From assembly GCA_963737655.1 (NCBI GenBank), contig CAVTTN010000002.1:2016001-2080000 (forward strand): a DNA stretch of 64,000 nucleotides. The letters are read 5' to 3'. Within the stretch, counting starts at the first letter, position 1; the number at the start of each line of letters is the position of its first letter. A program made the position numbers and the translations under genes. Shown piece after piece: positions 41,756-54,300 of this stretch. This DNA comes from an uncultured Planctomycetota bacterium (GTDB lineage Bacteria; Planctomycetota; Planctomycetia; Isosphaerales; Isosphaeraceae). The notes under the pieces were generated by a model that saw only the letters and a list, made by a program, of their open reading frames with translations, searched no databases and had not been told where the DNA came from.

Positions 41756-42577
41756 ATGTCGGCCGATCGTCGGCTCCTCTCCGAGCGATTCCCCCGCGCC
41801 TCGCTCTACTCGCCCGACTGGATCATCGCCGGGGCCAGCGGAGGGGCGAATCCGCTCTGGCTGACCGAATGGCTGGCCGAGGGGCTGGACCTCCGCCCCG
41901 GGATGAGGGTCCTGGACCTCGGCTGCGGCCGGGGGCTCTCCTCGATCTTCCTCCGCCGCGAGTACGGCGTGGAGGTCTGGTCGGTCGACCTCTGGTTCCC
42001 GCCCGCCGAGAGGCTCGCGAGGATTCGAGACGCCGGGGTCCAGGACGGCGTGTTCCCGATCCACGCCGACGCCCGCTCCTTGCCGTTCGCCCCCGGCTTC
42101 TTCGACGCGATCCTCTCGATCGATTCCTATCTCTACTACGGGACGGACGACCTCTATCTCGGCTATCTCGCCCGGCTCGTGAAGCCGGGAGGCCAGATCG
42201 GCATCGCCGGGGCCGGGCTCATCCGGGAGATCGATGGCGAAGTCCCCGACGCGCTCCGCGCCTGGTGGGAACCGGGCCTGTGGTGCCTCCATTCGGCGTC
42301 CTGGTGGCGCCGGCACTGGGAGAAGACGGAAATCGTGGACGTCGAGATCGCCGACGCCCTCCCCGACGGCTGGAAGCCCTGGCTCCAATGGCATACCACC
42401 GCGTTCCCCGACAACCGCGACGAGATCGAGGCGGTCCGGGCCGACGCCGGGCAATTCCTCGGATATGTGCGCATGGTGGGGCGTCGCCGGGCTGATGTGA
42501 AGCTGGAAGATCCGATCCAGGCGTTGACCGTCGAATACACGAAGCATCCAATGCTCCGGGACGACGGAGGCCCATGA
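41756..42577 (+). CDS. Class I SAM-dependent methyltransferase
   Basis: VLDLGCGRG, HADARSLPF, FFDAILSIDSY, LVKPGG. Confidence 0.88.
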   Translation: MSADRRLLSERFPRASLYSPDWIIAGASGGANPLWLTEWLAEGLDLRPGMRVLDLGCGRGLSSIFLRREYGVEVWSVDLWFPPAERLARIRDAGVQDGVFPIHADARSLPFAPGFFDAILSIDSYLYYGTDDLYLGYLARLVKPGGQIGIAGAGLIREIDGEVPDALRAWWEPGLWCLHSASWWRRHWEKTEIVDVEIADALPDGWKPWLQWHTTAFPDNRDEIEAVRADAGQFLGYVRMVGRRRADVKLEDPIQALTVEYTKHPMLRDDGGP

Positions 42578-43197
42578 GGCCCCACCGGGCTGATGCGTCG
42601 GCCACGTCCTCGCTCTGGAGGTCATCCTTGGGCCGACTTCCCACCCGACGATTCACCCTGGCCGATGCCATGATCCTGATCGCGGCAATTGCGATCGGGG
42701 GGGCCGCATCGCGAGCCTTTCTCGTCTTCATCCATTCGGGGCGACCGGTCTTCGTGCCCGTCATGTCGTGGATCGACTGGGCCATCTGGACTTTGCCCGC
42801 GGCTTATCCCCCTCTGCTGGCCGTCGCCGTTGGGCTGATGATCTGTCGATTCAAGCGGCCTCGAACGACCTTCGCTCGGCTCCGTTCCGAGCCGGGTTCG
42901 CTGGCCTGCATCGCCTGGATCGGCGTCGCCACGATCCAGGGGGGCATGTTCGGTATCGCCTGTGGGCTGCATTCGGCCTTCCGCCTCAGGAGCGGTCAAA
43001 TACCCATGCTCCTATGGTTGCCGTACCGCCTGGGAAACGCGGGCGGCATCGCCGTCGCCGCGACCTGGATCGTCCTGGCCGCCACGAGGAGGTGGCGGCC
43101 CGACTCGTCCTGGATCGATCGGTCGGGCCGCCTCCTCGGCTCCCTCATGATCGCCCTCCTCGGAGTCGAAAATATGATTTTCTATATATCTCGATGA
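42574..43197 (+). CDS. Lineage-specific multi-TM membrane protein (paralog of 31938-32540)
   Basis: [14 protein letters not shown]...EPG...[26 protein letters not shown]. Confidence 0.7.
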   Translation: MRPHRADASATSSLWRSSLGRLPTRRFTLADAMILIAAIAIGGAASRAFLVFIHSGRPVFVPVMSWIDWAIWTLPAAYPPLLAVAVGLMICRFKRPRTTFARLRSEPGSLACIAWIGVATIQGGMFGIACGLHSAFRLRSGQIPMLLWLPYRLGNAGGIAVAATWIVLAATRRWRPDSSWIDRSGRLLGSLMIALLGVENMIFYISR

Positions 43198-43202
43198 TCC
43201 TC

Positions 43203-44636
43203 TCACGCGAGCAGCGCCTTGACCACCTTCCCGCCGTTGACCGTCAGCCGCTCGTCCCGGCCGTCTCTCGGGAAGGTAAGACGCTTGTGGTCGAGCCCCA
43301 TCAGGTGGAGGATCGTGGCGTGGAGGTCGTGGACGTGGACCGGGTCGTCGACGGCCCGGAGGCCGAATTCGTCGGTCGATCCGTGGGTGATCCCGCCCTT
43401 CACGCCCCCTCCGCCCAGGAACATGCTGAATCCGTAGGGGTTGTGGTCGCGGCCGTCGGTCCCCTCGTTCATCGGGGTCCGGCCGAACTCGCCGCCCCAG
43501 ATCGACCAGGGTCTGGTCGAGCATCCCGCGACGCTTCAGGTCGGCGATCAGGGCGGCGACGGGCTTGTCGCTCCGGGCGCAGAGCTTGCCGTGGTTGCCT
43601 TCGATGTCCCGGTGGGCGTCCCACTGGCTGCCCGAGCCGCAATAGAGCTGGACGAACCGAACGCCCCGCTCGACCAGTCGGCGGGCCCGGAGGCACATGG
43701 CGCCGAAGTCCTTGCATCTGGGGTCGTCCAGGCCGTAGAGCGCCTTGGTCTCGGCCGTCTCGGCGGAGAGGTCGACCGCCTCGGGCGCCGTCGATTGCAT
43801 CCGGTAGGCCAGCTCATAGGCGGCGATCCGCGCGGCCAGTCTGGTGTCGTCGGCCCGGGATTGGGCGTGATGGGCGGTCGAGGTCGGCGATCAGGTCGAG
43901 CTTGGTCCGTTGCTGGGTTTCGGAGACGGACTTCGGCGGGGCGAGGTGGAGGATCGGCGGTCCGTCCTTGCGGAACGGGGTGCCCTGGAACGTGGCCGGG
44001 AGCCAGGCGTTGCCCCAGTTCCTCGGCCCGCCGATCGGCTCGGCGGCGTCGCTCATCACGACGAACGCCGGCAAGTCCTGGTTCTCGGTCCCCAGGCCAT
44101 AAGTCACCCACGCCCCCAGGCTCGGCCGACCGGCGAGGATGCTGCCGGTGTTCATCTGGCAGACGCTGCCGACGTGGTTCACGCCGTCGGCCCAGCACGA
44201 GCGGACGAGGGCGATCTCGTCGGCCACCTTCGCGACGTGCGGATACCAGTCCGAGACCCAGAGGCCCGATTCGCCATGCTGGGCGAACTTCCGCCGAGTG
44301 GCCAGCAGCGTGTTGCCGCCCACGCCCATCGGCGTGAAGACCTTGCCGAAGCTCGGCGGCAGGGGCTGGCCGGCATGCTTCGTCAGCTCGGGCTTGGGGT
44401 CGAACAGGTCGATGTGGCTCGGCCCTCCCTCCATGAACAGGAAGATGCACGCACTTCGCCCTCGCCCCGAAGTGAGGGGGCCGAGGCGCCAGGGGACGCA
44501 GCGGGTCGATCTCGGGGACGTCGGCCCTCGCCTCGTCGGCGATCAAGGACGCCAGGGCGAGCGAGCCGAATCCCAGGCCGGCGCGGAGGAAGAATTCGCG
44601 GCGGGAGCGGGTCGGGAGCCGGTGGGGGATGCTCAT
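43203..44636 (-). CDS. DUF1501 (sulfatase-like, Tat-exported) protein, ~476 aa, three +1 indels (~44450, ~43873, ~43503)
   Basis: Tat motif [39 protein letters not shown], corrected [23 protein letters not shown]. Confidence 0.85.
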
Positions 44637-44687
44637 GTCGCTCGTTCCTCTCGATCCTGACGGCCCGTCACCGGACCCTGAGCGTCG

Positions 44688-45068
44688 TCACCGGCCCTTC
44701 CCGGAGAATTCCGCGAGCATCCGGTCCAGGACATCCGTCGGCCGCCTGGCCGAGCGTTCCGCGGCCTCGAACAGGGACTTCAGGAGCGAGACGTGGGGGG
44801 TGTCGGGGACGCCCGCCCCGCGAGGCGCCTCGACGGCCCTCGCGATCTCGATCGACCGTCCCGTCTCGTCGGTCAGCATGGCTGCGTAGACGAAGCCCCC
44901 CTGGGGGTAGGAAGGAATCTCCTTCGAGATCCAGACCGAACCATAAGGCTTGCTCACCCGGTAGGAGTCATCGAGAAGAGTAGCTTCCCACCGGAGCTCG
45001 TTCCTCTCCGAGGCATCCCGGACTTCCTGGAGGAGACGAAGGAATTTGGGATCGATTTCCAAGGTCAT
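44688..45068 (-). CDS. Hypothetical cytoplasmic protein (126 aa)
   Basis: Clean ORF; ATGA overlap with 45065-45565; no recognised motif. Confidence 0.65.
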   Translation of the reverse strand: MTLEIDPKFLRLLQEVRDASERNELRWEATLLDDSYRVSKPYGSVWISKEIPSYPQGGFVYAAMLTDETGRSIEIARAVEAPRGAGVPDTPHVSLLKSLFEAAERSARRPTDVLDRMLAEFSGKGR

Positions 45069-45565
45069 GGCTCCATGGATCGGGAGAGGATTCGACCTCG
45101 GATCTGCGCCGGATTCTGCTGGAAATCGGCCACTCGCTTCATCAATCGACCGAGCTGCCGGGTCGGTTCCTGGCCCTCGGGGAGGTCACCGACCTTGGAG
45201 AGGATCTCGGAGAGGTCCCCGATCTCCGATCGCTCCGAGTCCGAGGGTCCGGCGCCCCCGAGCAGGGCGAGCAGCCGGTGTTTGGCATCGCTCGCCCGGT
45301 ATCGAACCCTCGACCAACGCCGGGCGGAGCCGTCGGATTCGAGCTCGCGGAGAACCTGGAGGACGGTCATGATGTCGTCGGTGGTCATGCGGGCCCGCGC
45401 CTCGGCGACCGCCTGCCTCGCCGCTTCCCTCGCCTCCTCGGCCGCCCGCTCTGCCCGTCTCACGTCGCGGATCGTGAGCCGAAAGCCGACGATCGCGATG
45501 ATCAGCCCGACGACACTCTCGATGTTCCCGTAGTGCTGGGCGAGAAATGACGTCACCAGTCGCAA
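45065..45565 (-). CDS. Hypothetical N-terminal TM plus coiled-coil protein (166 aa)
   Basis: SVVGLIIAIVGF TM segment followed by RRAERAAEEAREAARQA helix. Confidence 0.65.
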   Translation of the reverse strand: MRLVTSFLAQHYGNIESVVGLIIAIVGFRLTIRDVRRAERAAEEAREAARQAVAEARARMTTDDIMTVLQVLRELESDGSARRWSRVRYRASDAKHRLLALLGGAGPSDSERSEIGDLSEILSKVGDLPEGQEPTRQLGRLMKRVADFQQNPAQIRGRILSRSMEP

Positions 45566-45608
45566 CCCCAGATTTTACGAGAACGGACCCGACGTGACAA
45601 TCTCCCGA

Positions 45609-47771
45609 TCAATCCACAAACACAAATTCATTCAGATTGATCAGCGCATGGCAGAAGTCGGTCAGGGCCTCGGGGTTGTCGGATCGGTTGGCGACGAGGA
45701 ACAGGACGGCGCGGTCTTTTTCCTTCTGGTCGGGCGGTCGGCCCAGCGCGAGGCGGAAGGCCCGTTCGACCCGGGCGGGCGGGTCGTCGTGGCCGATGTC
45801 CTGGCGGATTCGGTCGGCCAGCCCCCTGGCGGCGTCGAGGACGAGGTCGGAATTCAGGAGCATGAGCGCCTGGGGGGCGTTGACCGAGACGTTCCTCTCG
45901 GGGCAGGTCACGTTGGGGTCGGGGGCGTCGAAGGCGTCGAACAAGGGGTATTTGAGGTTCCGGCGGGCGAAGACGTAGAGGCTCCGGCGGTTGCGGTCGC
46001 CGGCCTTCTCCGATCGGGTCCAGCCGCCTCGGGTCTGGACGCCCGGCGGCAGGTCGGGGAAGACGCCGGGGCCTCCTCGCTCGGGGTTCAGGCGACCGGC
46101 CACGAGGAGCATCGCGTCCCGGACCGCCTCGCCTTCCAGCCTTTTTCGGGCCATCCGGCCGAAGAGGAGGTTGTCGGGGTCGTCTTCGAGGGCCTTCGCC
46201 GACCCTCGGCACGATTGCCGGTAGGCCGACGACGTGACCATCAGCCGATGCATCGCCTTGAGGCTCCAGCCTCGGGCGAGGAACTCGGAGGCGAGCCAGT
46301 CGAGCAATTCGGGGTTCGAGGGCCGGGCGCCCTGGGTGCCGAAGTCGCTGGGCGTGGCCACGATCCCCCGGCCGAAATGCCCCTGCCAGAGCCGGTTGAC
46401 CATCACCCGGGCCGTCAACGGGTTCTCGGGGCGGGTCAGCCAGTCGGCCAGGGCGGCCCGGCGGCCGGTCGTCCTCTCGGAAAGCGCGGAGTGCGGAGTG
46501 CGGAGTGCGGAGGTGGAAGAGGAGAAGATCGAGGGGACGCCGGGCGAGACTTCCTCCCCGGGCTGGTTCATGTTCCCCTTGCGGAGGAGGAACACCGGCG
46601 GGGCGTTGGGGCCGGTGTCGGTCATCCCGCTGGCCTGGGGCAGGGGGGAGGGCGCGGAGGCGACCAGGCGTTTCATCGCCTCGACCCGCGATTCCCACGC
46701 CTTCCGCTCGCCCGGGGGCAAGGCCGCCTTCATGGCCTTGGGATCGACGGCCATCAGCTTCGCGTTCCTGGCCAGGAGCTCTTCCTGGAATGCCGAGCGC
46801 TCTTCGGGGGCGGTCTCGAACGCCTTGCGGACCTCGGGCGGGAGCTTGGCCAGCCGGTCCTTCAGCAAACCGGGCAGGAACGGCCTCTCGACGGCCTCGA
46901 CGGACCGTTTCGCGCGATCGACGGCCTCGGTGTGCGTCTCCTCCACGAACCGATGGACGGCCGCCTCGAACGGTTCGGAGAGCGGCCTGGCGTCCTCCGG
47001 GGCGCTGGCGGCGAACACGGCCTGGAAGCGGTAGTAGTCCTTTTGCGAGATCGGGTCGAACTTGTGGTCGTGGCAGCGGGCGCAGCCGACGGTCAGGCCC
47101 AGGAACACGCCGGCCGTGGTGTCGGTCATGTCCTCCAGCATGAGCTGGCGGTTCTGGCCGGGGATCTTGTTGTTGTCCTCGAACGGCCAGTTGCGGTTGA
47201 ACCCGGTGGCGATGAAGGCCGAGGGGTCGGCCGGGGCGAGTTCGTCCCCGGCGATCTGGAGGCGGACGAACCGGTCATAGGGCATGTCGGCGTTCAGGGC
47301 CTCGACGACCCAGTCGCGATACCGCCAGGCGTTGGGCCGGGTCAGGTCGGACTTGAACCCGTCGCTCTCGGAGAACCTCGCCAGGTCGAGCCAGGGCCGG
47401 GCCCACCTCTCGCCGTACTCGGGCGAGGCCAGCAGGCGATCGACGAGCTTCTCATACGCCTGGGGCGACGTGTCGGCGAGGAAGGCGTCGACTTCCTCCG
47501 GGCGGGGCGGGAGGCCGGTCAGGTCGAACCGGAGGCGACGGATCAGGGTCGTCCGGTCGGCCTCGGGCGCCGGTTCGATCTCCGAGGCGATCAGGTCGCG
47601 GAGCAGGAACAGGTCGATCGGGTTGCGGGCCCAGCCGGCTCGGGCCGGGGCGGGGGGATCGACGTGCCTCGGCGGGACGAACGCCCAGTGAGTCTCCGGC
47701 GAAGGGGAATCGGCCGGGGCCGGGGACGCCAGGGCCGCCGAGATCCATGCCGCGACGAAGAGTCCCCTCAT
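45609..47771 (-). CDS. DUF1549/DUF1553 (PSCyt2/PSD1) protein
   Basis: HWAF, NPID.F, RRL.FDLTGLPP, YGERWAR.WLD, CARCHDHKFDP, ARVMVNRLW, N.PQAL..LN, LINLNEF. Confidence 0.92.
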   Translation of the reverse strand: MRGLFVAAWISAALASPAPADSPSPETHWAFVPPRHVDPPAPARAGWARNPIDLFLLRDLIASEIEPAPEADRTTLIRRLRFDLTGLPPRPEEVDAFLADTSPQAYEKLVDRLLASPEYGERWARPWLDLARFSESDGFKSDLTRPNAWRYRDWVVEALNADMPYDRFVRLQIAGDELAPADPSAFIATGFNRNWPFEDNNKIPGQNRQLMLEDMTDTTAGVFLGLTVGCARCHDHKFDPISQKDYYRFQAVFAASAPEDARPLSEPFEAAVHRFVEETHTEAVDRAKRSVEAVERPFLPGLLKDRLAKLPPEVRKAFETAPEERSAFQEELLARNAKLMAVDPKAMKAALPPGERKAWESRVEAMKRLVASAPSPLPQASGMTDTGPNAPPVFLLRKGNMNQPGEEVSPGVPSIFSSSTSALRTPHSALSERTTGRRAALADWLTRPENPLTARVMVNRLWQGHFGRGIVATPSDFGTQGARPSNPELLDWLASEFLARGWSLKAMHRLMVTSSAYRQSCRGSAKALEDDPDNLLFGRMARKRLEGEAVRDAMLLVAGRLNPERGGPGVFPDLPPGVQTRGGWTRSEKAGDRNRRSLYVFARRNLKYPLFDAFDAPDPNVTCPERNVSVNAPQALMLLNSDLVLDAARGLADRIRQDIGHDDPPARVERAFRLALGRPPDQKEKDRAVLFLVANRSDNPEALTDFCHALINLNEFVFVD
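46486..46512 (+). repeat. Heptamer tandem repeat (GCGGAGT) x ~3.9 inside the DUF1553 gene
   Basis: GCGGAGT GCGGAGT GCGGAGT GCGGAG; read on the minus strand as SALRTPHSAL. Confidence 0.8.
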
Positions 47772-48002
47772 GAGGTCCGCCTCCCTCAAGCCCGAGGTCC
47801 GTGGCCGCCCGCCCGACGGCTTCCATCATAATTGGTCGGCCCTCGCGATGCACGGCGTCCCTGAGAACCGCGGACAAAACGGGGACAGGCTCCGAGGCCT
47901 TCCGGGGTGCCGGTGTCCTTTTGTTCGACACTCCAAACGGGGACGGCCCGGGGTCGCGAGGACCTCCGGGCCGTCCGGGGCGACTGCGGCGGGGGATCGG
48001 CG

Positions 48003-49082
<1,080 letters not shown>

Positions 49083-49370
49083 CGTCCGACTCCTTCGACT
49101 CGCGTTCCCTGGCCCGGCCCAACCTGGTCCGATCGGCCTTGGAGATGACGACCCCGGCGATCTCGACCGCCCGGAGCACTCGCATCTTGTTAAACTTGAT
49201 CGGAAGAGTCAAGATGAGACTTGATCGAATTGGTCGAGAAACTTGCGATGGTTTCGGTGCGCCCGGGAGGGGCAGGGATGCGAGACGCCCCCGGCGACGG
49301 TCCGTGAGGGCCGCCGCCGGGGGCGTCGAGGGTCGCACAGGAGGGCCGCCGCAGGGGCGGCCCGGCGGGA

Positions 49371-50473
49371 TCAATAGTCGCCGCTGGAGATGACCTCGGA
49401 GCCGGCGAGGGTCACGAGCTTGCGGAGGACGACGACGTTGGTGCTGTCCTTGAGGAAGGCCACCGAGCCGTCGCCTCGCAGGATGTTGGCCCCGGCCGGG
49501 TGGTAGGAGAAGATCTCGTCGTTGCCCCCGGCGTTGTTGCCGGCGACGTTCAGGCCGTTCTGGTCGGTGCAGGCGGTGTAGGCGTTCGGGCAGTACATCG
49601 GGCGATACTTGTTGTTGATCGACCCGGAGACGCCGAACGAGCTATCGGCCTCGCCCCATCGCCAGTAGCGGCGCTGGCCCTGGGGATAGCCGTACGGGTC
49701 GAAGGTCGGGCGGGTGTTCGTGCCGTCGTAGTAGGCCTCGGTGTAGGGGCTGAGGTAGCGGGCGTCTCGGCCGGCGTCCTCGGCGATGGCGATGGTGTTG
49801 GAGAGGCCGTCGACGCACTCGGCCAGGCGGGTCATCCTCTGCTTGAGGAGGCCGTCGGCCCGGGAGAGCTTGTTGCGATACGGGGTGATGATGCTGGAGC
49901 CGGTCCCGCCGCCGTTGCCCAGGGGGTCGATGTCGGTGTAGCAGGTCGGGCCGTAGTCCTGGACGCCGTAGCCGATCGCCTCGAACCCCTGGGCGTTCGG
50001 GTCGCCGCCGGTCGTGTCGCGCCCGCCGTTGGGCGAGCGGATGGAGCTGGGGCAGATGAAGCTGCTGATGATCGAGCTATAGGCGGTGATGTTGGAGCCG
50101 CCCAGGCTGTTGTACTCGAGCGAGAAGTTGATCGAGTTGTAGATGTTCCCGCCCTCGATGTACTGGAGGAGGCGGGGGAAGACGGCCACGCCGTCGACGA
50201 ACTGGGTCGTCGCCGGGCTGTTGTTGAAGTTGGTCGACTCGCCGGAGGGCGGGAAGCAGCCGTTGGAGCTCTCGTAGTTGTGGAGCGCCAGGCCCATCTG
50301 CTTCATGTTGTTGGTGCACTGGGCCCGGCGGGCGGCCTCGCGGGCCGCCTGGACGGCCGGCAGGAGGAGCGCGATCAGCACCCCGATGATGGCAATGACG
50401 ACCAGGAGCTCGAATCAGAGTGAACCCCGCGCGGGGTGCGGCGACTGCGCGTCGCGGCGACGGACTTGGGCAT
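49371..50473 (-). CDS. DUF1559 prepilin-like protein, tandem paralog; two +1 indels at ~50413 and ~50426
   Basis: Corrected N-terminus [44 protein letters not shown]. Confidence 0.88.
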
Positions 50474-50543
50474 CGGCGTCGAACCTTTCTCGATGGCTGG
50501 GGCGAAGGTGGCGAATTCCGGACCAAGGCGGGGGGGTAAACGA

Positions 50544-51083
50544 TCAATCCCGACGACCGCCGGAATTGGCGTTCTTCGGGATCGGCGCGAGCTTGAACGG
50601 GGGCAGGTCGTTGGTGCCCGACTTGACGGTGATCTTCAGATGCGACCCGTCTTCGTCGGAGTATTCGGGGGGGACGGCCGACTTGGTCATCCCGGGCCGG
50701 GCGCCCGGCACCTGGGCGCCGGACTCGATGCGGATCTTGTACTCGCCCTCGGGCAGGCCGTCGCCCAGGGCAGGAACCTGCATCGCGAAGGAGCCGTCGG
50801 ACTCGATCTTGCCGGTGCCGGTCCAGCCGGGCTTGTCCGGCGGAGTCACGGCGATGGCCGTCACGGTCCCCTCGGTCAGGGGCTTGCCATCGGCCAGGAG
50901 GACCTTGCCCTTGACGGGATAGACCGGGGCCTTCTGCGCCTGGGGGATCGGCGTCTCGCCGGGGCCGCAACCGACGAAGGAGGCCGCGATCAGCAAGGAG
51001 GCGATCGCCCCGAGAGTCGGGCGGGATGCCGGGACGGTGGGCCTCCCGGGCGGGGTTGCGGTTCGGGTCGCGGTTCGTGGCAT
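50544..51083 (-). CDS. DUF1559-associated lipoprotein (carboxypeptidase-regulatory-like beta domain)
   Basis: Lipobox FVG/C, PVKGKV...GKPL, G.I..DG.F, GLPEGEYKI, VP.EY. Confidence 0.8.
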   Translation of the reverse strand: MPRTATRTATPPGRPTVPASRPTLGAIASLLIAASFVGCGPGETPIPQAQKAPVYPVKGKVLLADGKPLTEGTVTAIAVTPPDKPGWTGTGKIESDGSFAMQVPALGDGLPEGEYKIRIESGAQVPGARPGMTKSAVPPEYSDEDGSHLKITVKSGTNDLPPFKLAPIPKNANSGGRRD

Positions 51084-51350
51084 CGGGAGGTGTCGCTCGA
51101 AGCTGTGGGTACCCACTCTACTCAGGAGAGAGGGGCCGGACCGGCCTACCGGGTCTCACCGTCGAGACGGCGGGCCGATTCAGGACGAAAATCGCGCGGA
51201 TCGATCGGAGGGGGGATTCCCTTTCGAGCACGACTCCTGGACGAGTCGCGCGGACGAATCATAGGCGGGAATCGTGAAGGTTTGATGTCGAGACGGAGAT
51301 TTGCCGATGAAATCCGTGATGATTGATTGGATGGGCGGTCGGACGCCCGA

Positions 51351-54300
51351 TCAATCCTCCTCGGGCTCGACGGCCTCCTCGCCGAAGGCCGGGATCGAGA
51401 CCGGCTCGGCCGGGGGCCGGGCTTGCGGGCGGGGCGCCGAGCCGTTCTGGCCCCGGAGCCGGACGTTGCCCGAGCCCACCACGCTCTCCAGGTCGGCCAT
51501 GAGCTTGTCGTCGTAGCGGACCTTGAGCGACGAACCCGCCTTGTAAACCGCCCGGCGGACGTCCTCCAACCCGATCAGCTCGAGGAAGACGTCGAGGCCG
51601 CCGGGCGAATGGTTGCGGACGTGGCGGCTGAGCCTCTCCAGGTCGTCCCGGCCCATCGCCCCCTTGCGGAGGGTCACGATCACCCCCTTGGCCAGCTCGG
51701 CCGCCGCGGCTTCGAGCGGGATCACCCGCTGGATGATGACCTCGGCCGGGTCGCGCTGGCGGCTGATGGTCCCCTTCACGAAGACGATCGCGTCGTCCTT
51801 GAGCAGAGGCTCGTTCTTGGCGAGCTCCTCGGGCCAGAGCATGGCCGGCGTCGAGCCCGAGAGGTCCTCGATCGCCAGCTTGGCCATCCGGGTCAGGCCG
51901 GAGCGGTTGGGCTTGACGGTCCTCACGGTGAAGCCGGCGACCATCCCCCCGAGGAGGACCTCGGCGCGGTCGTTCAGCTCGGCGAGGTCGGCGACCTGGT
52001 GGGACCGGAAGGCGGCGAGGGTGGGGGCGTGCCGGGCCAGGGGATGGCTGGACATGTAGAATCCCAGGGCCTTCTTCTCCTCGGCGAGCATCTCGGCGTC
52101 GGGCAGGTCGGGGACGTCGGGCAGGCTGAGCGCGGCGGCCTCGGGGGCGGACCCCTCGGCGTCGTCGAACAGGCCGCGCTGGCCCCTCTTGCGGTCCTCC
52201 TGCCTGGCCTGGCCGGACTGGACGGCCCGGGGCAGGATCGCCAGGAGCTGGCCCCGGATCTTCGCCGGGCGGGTGCCCATGAGGTCGAACGCCCCGGCCT
52301 TGATCAGCGTCTCGACGCAGCCCTGGCCCACGACCGACGCCGGGACGCGCTCGAACAGGTCATCCAGCCCGAGGAACGGCCCGCCGGCCTCCCGGGCGCG
52401 GATCAGGGTCTCCACCGCCTTGGTCCCGACCCCCTTGATCGCCCCCAGGCCGAACAGGATCTGGCCTTCCCGGGCCACCCGGAACTCCAGGCCCGAGCGG
52501 TTCACGTCCGGCGGCAGGACCTCGATCCCCATCCTCTTGCAATCGTCGATGTGCTCGTAGAAGAACTTGTCGCGCTCGGCGCCGTCCATCTCCGAAGAGA
52601 GGATCGCCGCCATGAATTCGGTCGGGAAGTGGGCCTTCAAGTAGGCGGTCTGGAACGTGACGAGGGCGTAGGCCGTCGAGTGCGACTTGTTGAACCCGTA
52701 GCCGCCGAACTCCTCGATCAGGGCGAAGATCTTCGAGGCCCGGTCCTTCTCCAGCCCCCGGGAGACGGCCCCTTCGAGGAACTGGTTGCGCCCCTGGGCG
52801 ATGATCTCCGTCTTCTTCTTCGAGATCGCCTTGATGCATCCATACGCCTGGGACAGCTCGATGCCTCCCAGGCGGTTGAGGATGCGCATGACCTGCTCCT
52901 GGTAGACCATCACCCCGTAGGTCTCTTCCAGGACTTCCTTGAGGACCGCGTGGGGGTACTCGGCGTCCTTCCTCTTGTTCTTCACGTTGACGTATTCGTC
53001 CACCATCCCGCCGTTCAGGGGGCCGGGCCGGTACAGGGCGCTGGTGGCGATGATGTCGGCGAAGCGGTCGGGCTTCATCTTCACGAGGAGGTCGCGGATG
53101 CCCGCCGATTCGAACTGGAAGACGCCCTTGGTCTCGCCCCGTTGAAGGAGGGCGAAGGTCTCGGGGTCGTCCAGGGGCAGCGCGTTGAGGTCGATCGGCG
53201 CCTCGGGGTGCCTCGCGTTCACGAGGCGGACGATGGCCTCCAGGCTGGAGAGGTTCCTCAGCCCGAGGAAGTCCATCTTGAGCAGCCCGGCCTTCTCGAC
53301 GTCCCCCATCGGCCACTGGGTCGAGACGACTTCCTTGTCCTTGTCCTTGTTCGGCAGCTTCTGGAGCGGGACGAGCTCCTCCAGGGGGCGATCGGCGATC
53401 ACCACGCCGGCGGCGTGGGTCGAGACGTTCCGGGCGAGCCCTTCGAGCTTCATCGCGTAGTCGAGGAGGCGGGCGATCTCCGGGTCCTCGTCGCGGAGCC
53501 TCTTCAGCGCCGGTTCCTGGATCAGCGCCTGCTCGATGGTGATGTGAAGCGGGATGCTGGGGATCAGCTTCGTCACGCCATCGACGCGGGGCAGGGGGAG
53601 GTTCATCGCCCGCCCGACGTCCTTCACGGCCGCCTTGGCGCCCAGGGTCAAAAACGTGCCGATCTGGGCCACGTTCGCCGCCCCGTACTTCTTGCGGACG
53701 TACTCGATGACCTCGTACCGCCGGTCCTGTTCGATGTCGATATCAATATCCGGCGCCTCCGAGCGGTTCGGGTCGAGGAACCGCTCGAAGAGGAGGTCAT
53801 AGTGGATCGGGCAGACGTGGCTCAAATAGAGCAAATAGCTGACGATCGCCCCGCAGGCCGACCCTCTGGCGCTGCTGGCGATCCCGTTCTCCCGGGCGAA
53901 CCGGACGAAGTCCCAGACGATCAGGAAGTACGACGCGAAGCCCATCCGGTTGATGATGCCGAGCTCGTGCTCCAGGCGGGCGCGGGCCTCCGGAGGCTCG
54001 GGGGAGCCGTACCGGACCTTCATCCCGGCCTCGCAGAGCTCGCGGAGGAACGCCTCGGGCGTTTTTTCCTCGGGGGGCTTGAACGAGGGGAATTGCCTCT
54101 TGCCGAACCCCAGGCTCTTGTAATGCTCCTCCACCGACTCGGCGATCCGGGCCGATTGCTTCAGAGCCTCCTCTCGGCCGGGCATCGCGGCGTACATCTC
54201 GTCGGGCGAGCGGACGAAGAACTCCTTGGTCTCGAACTTCATCCGCTTGGGGTCGTCGAGCGTCTTGCCCATGTTCACGCAGAGCAAGACGTCGTGGGCC

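Noticed and set aside
43203..44636. DUF1501 as a true pseudogene
   Set aside because: All three lesions are single-base insertions with intact motifs and no nonsense codons, matching the window-wide error pattern. Real decay is not excluded without reads.
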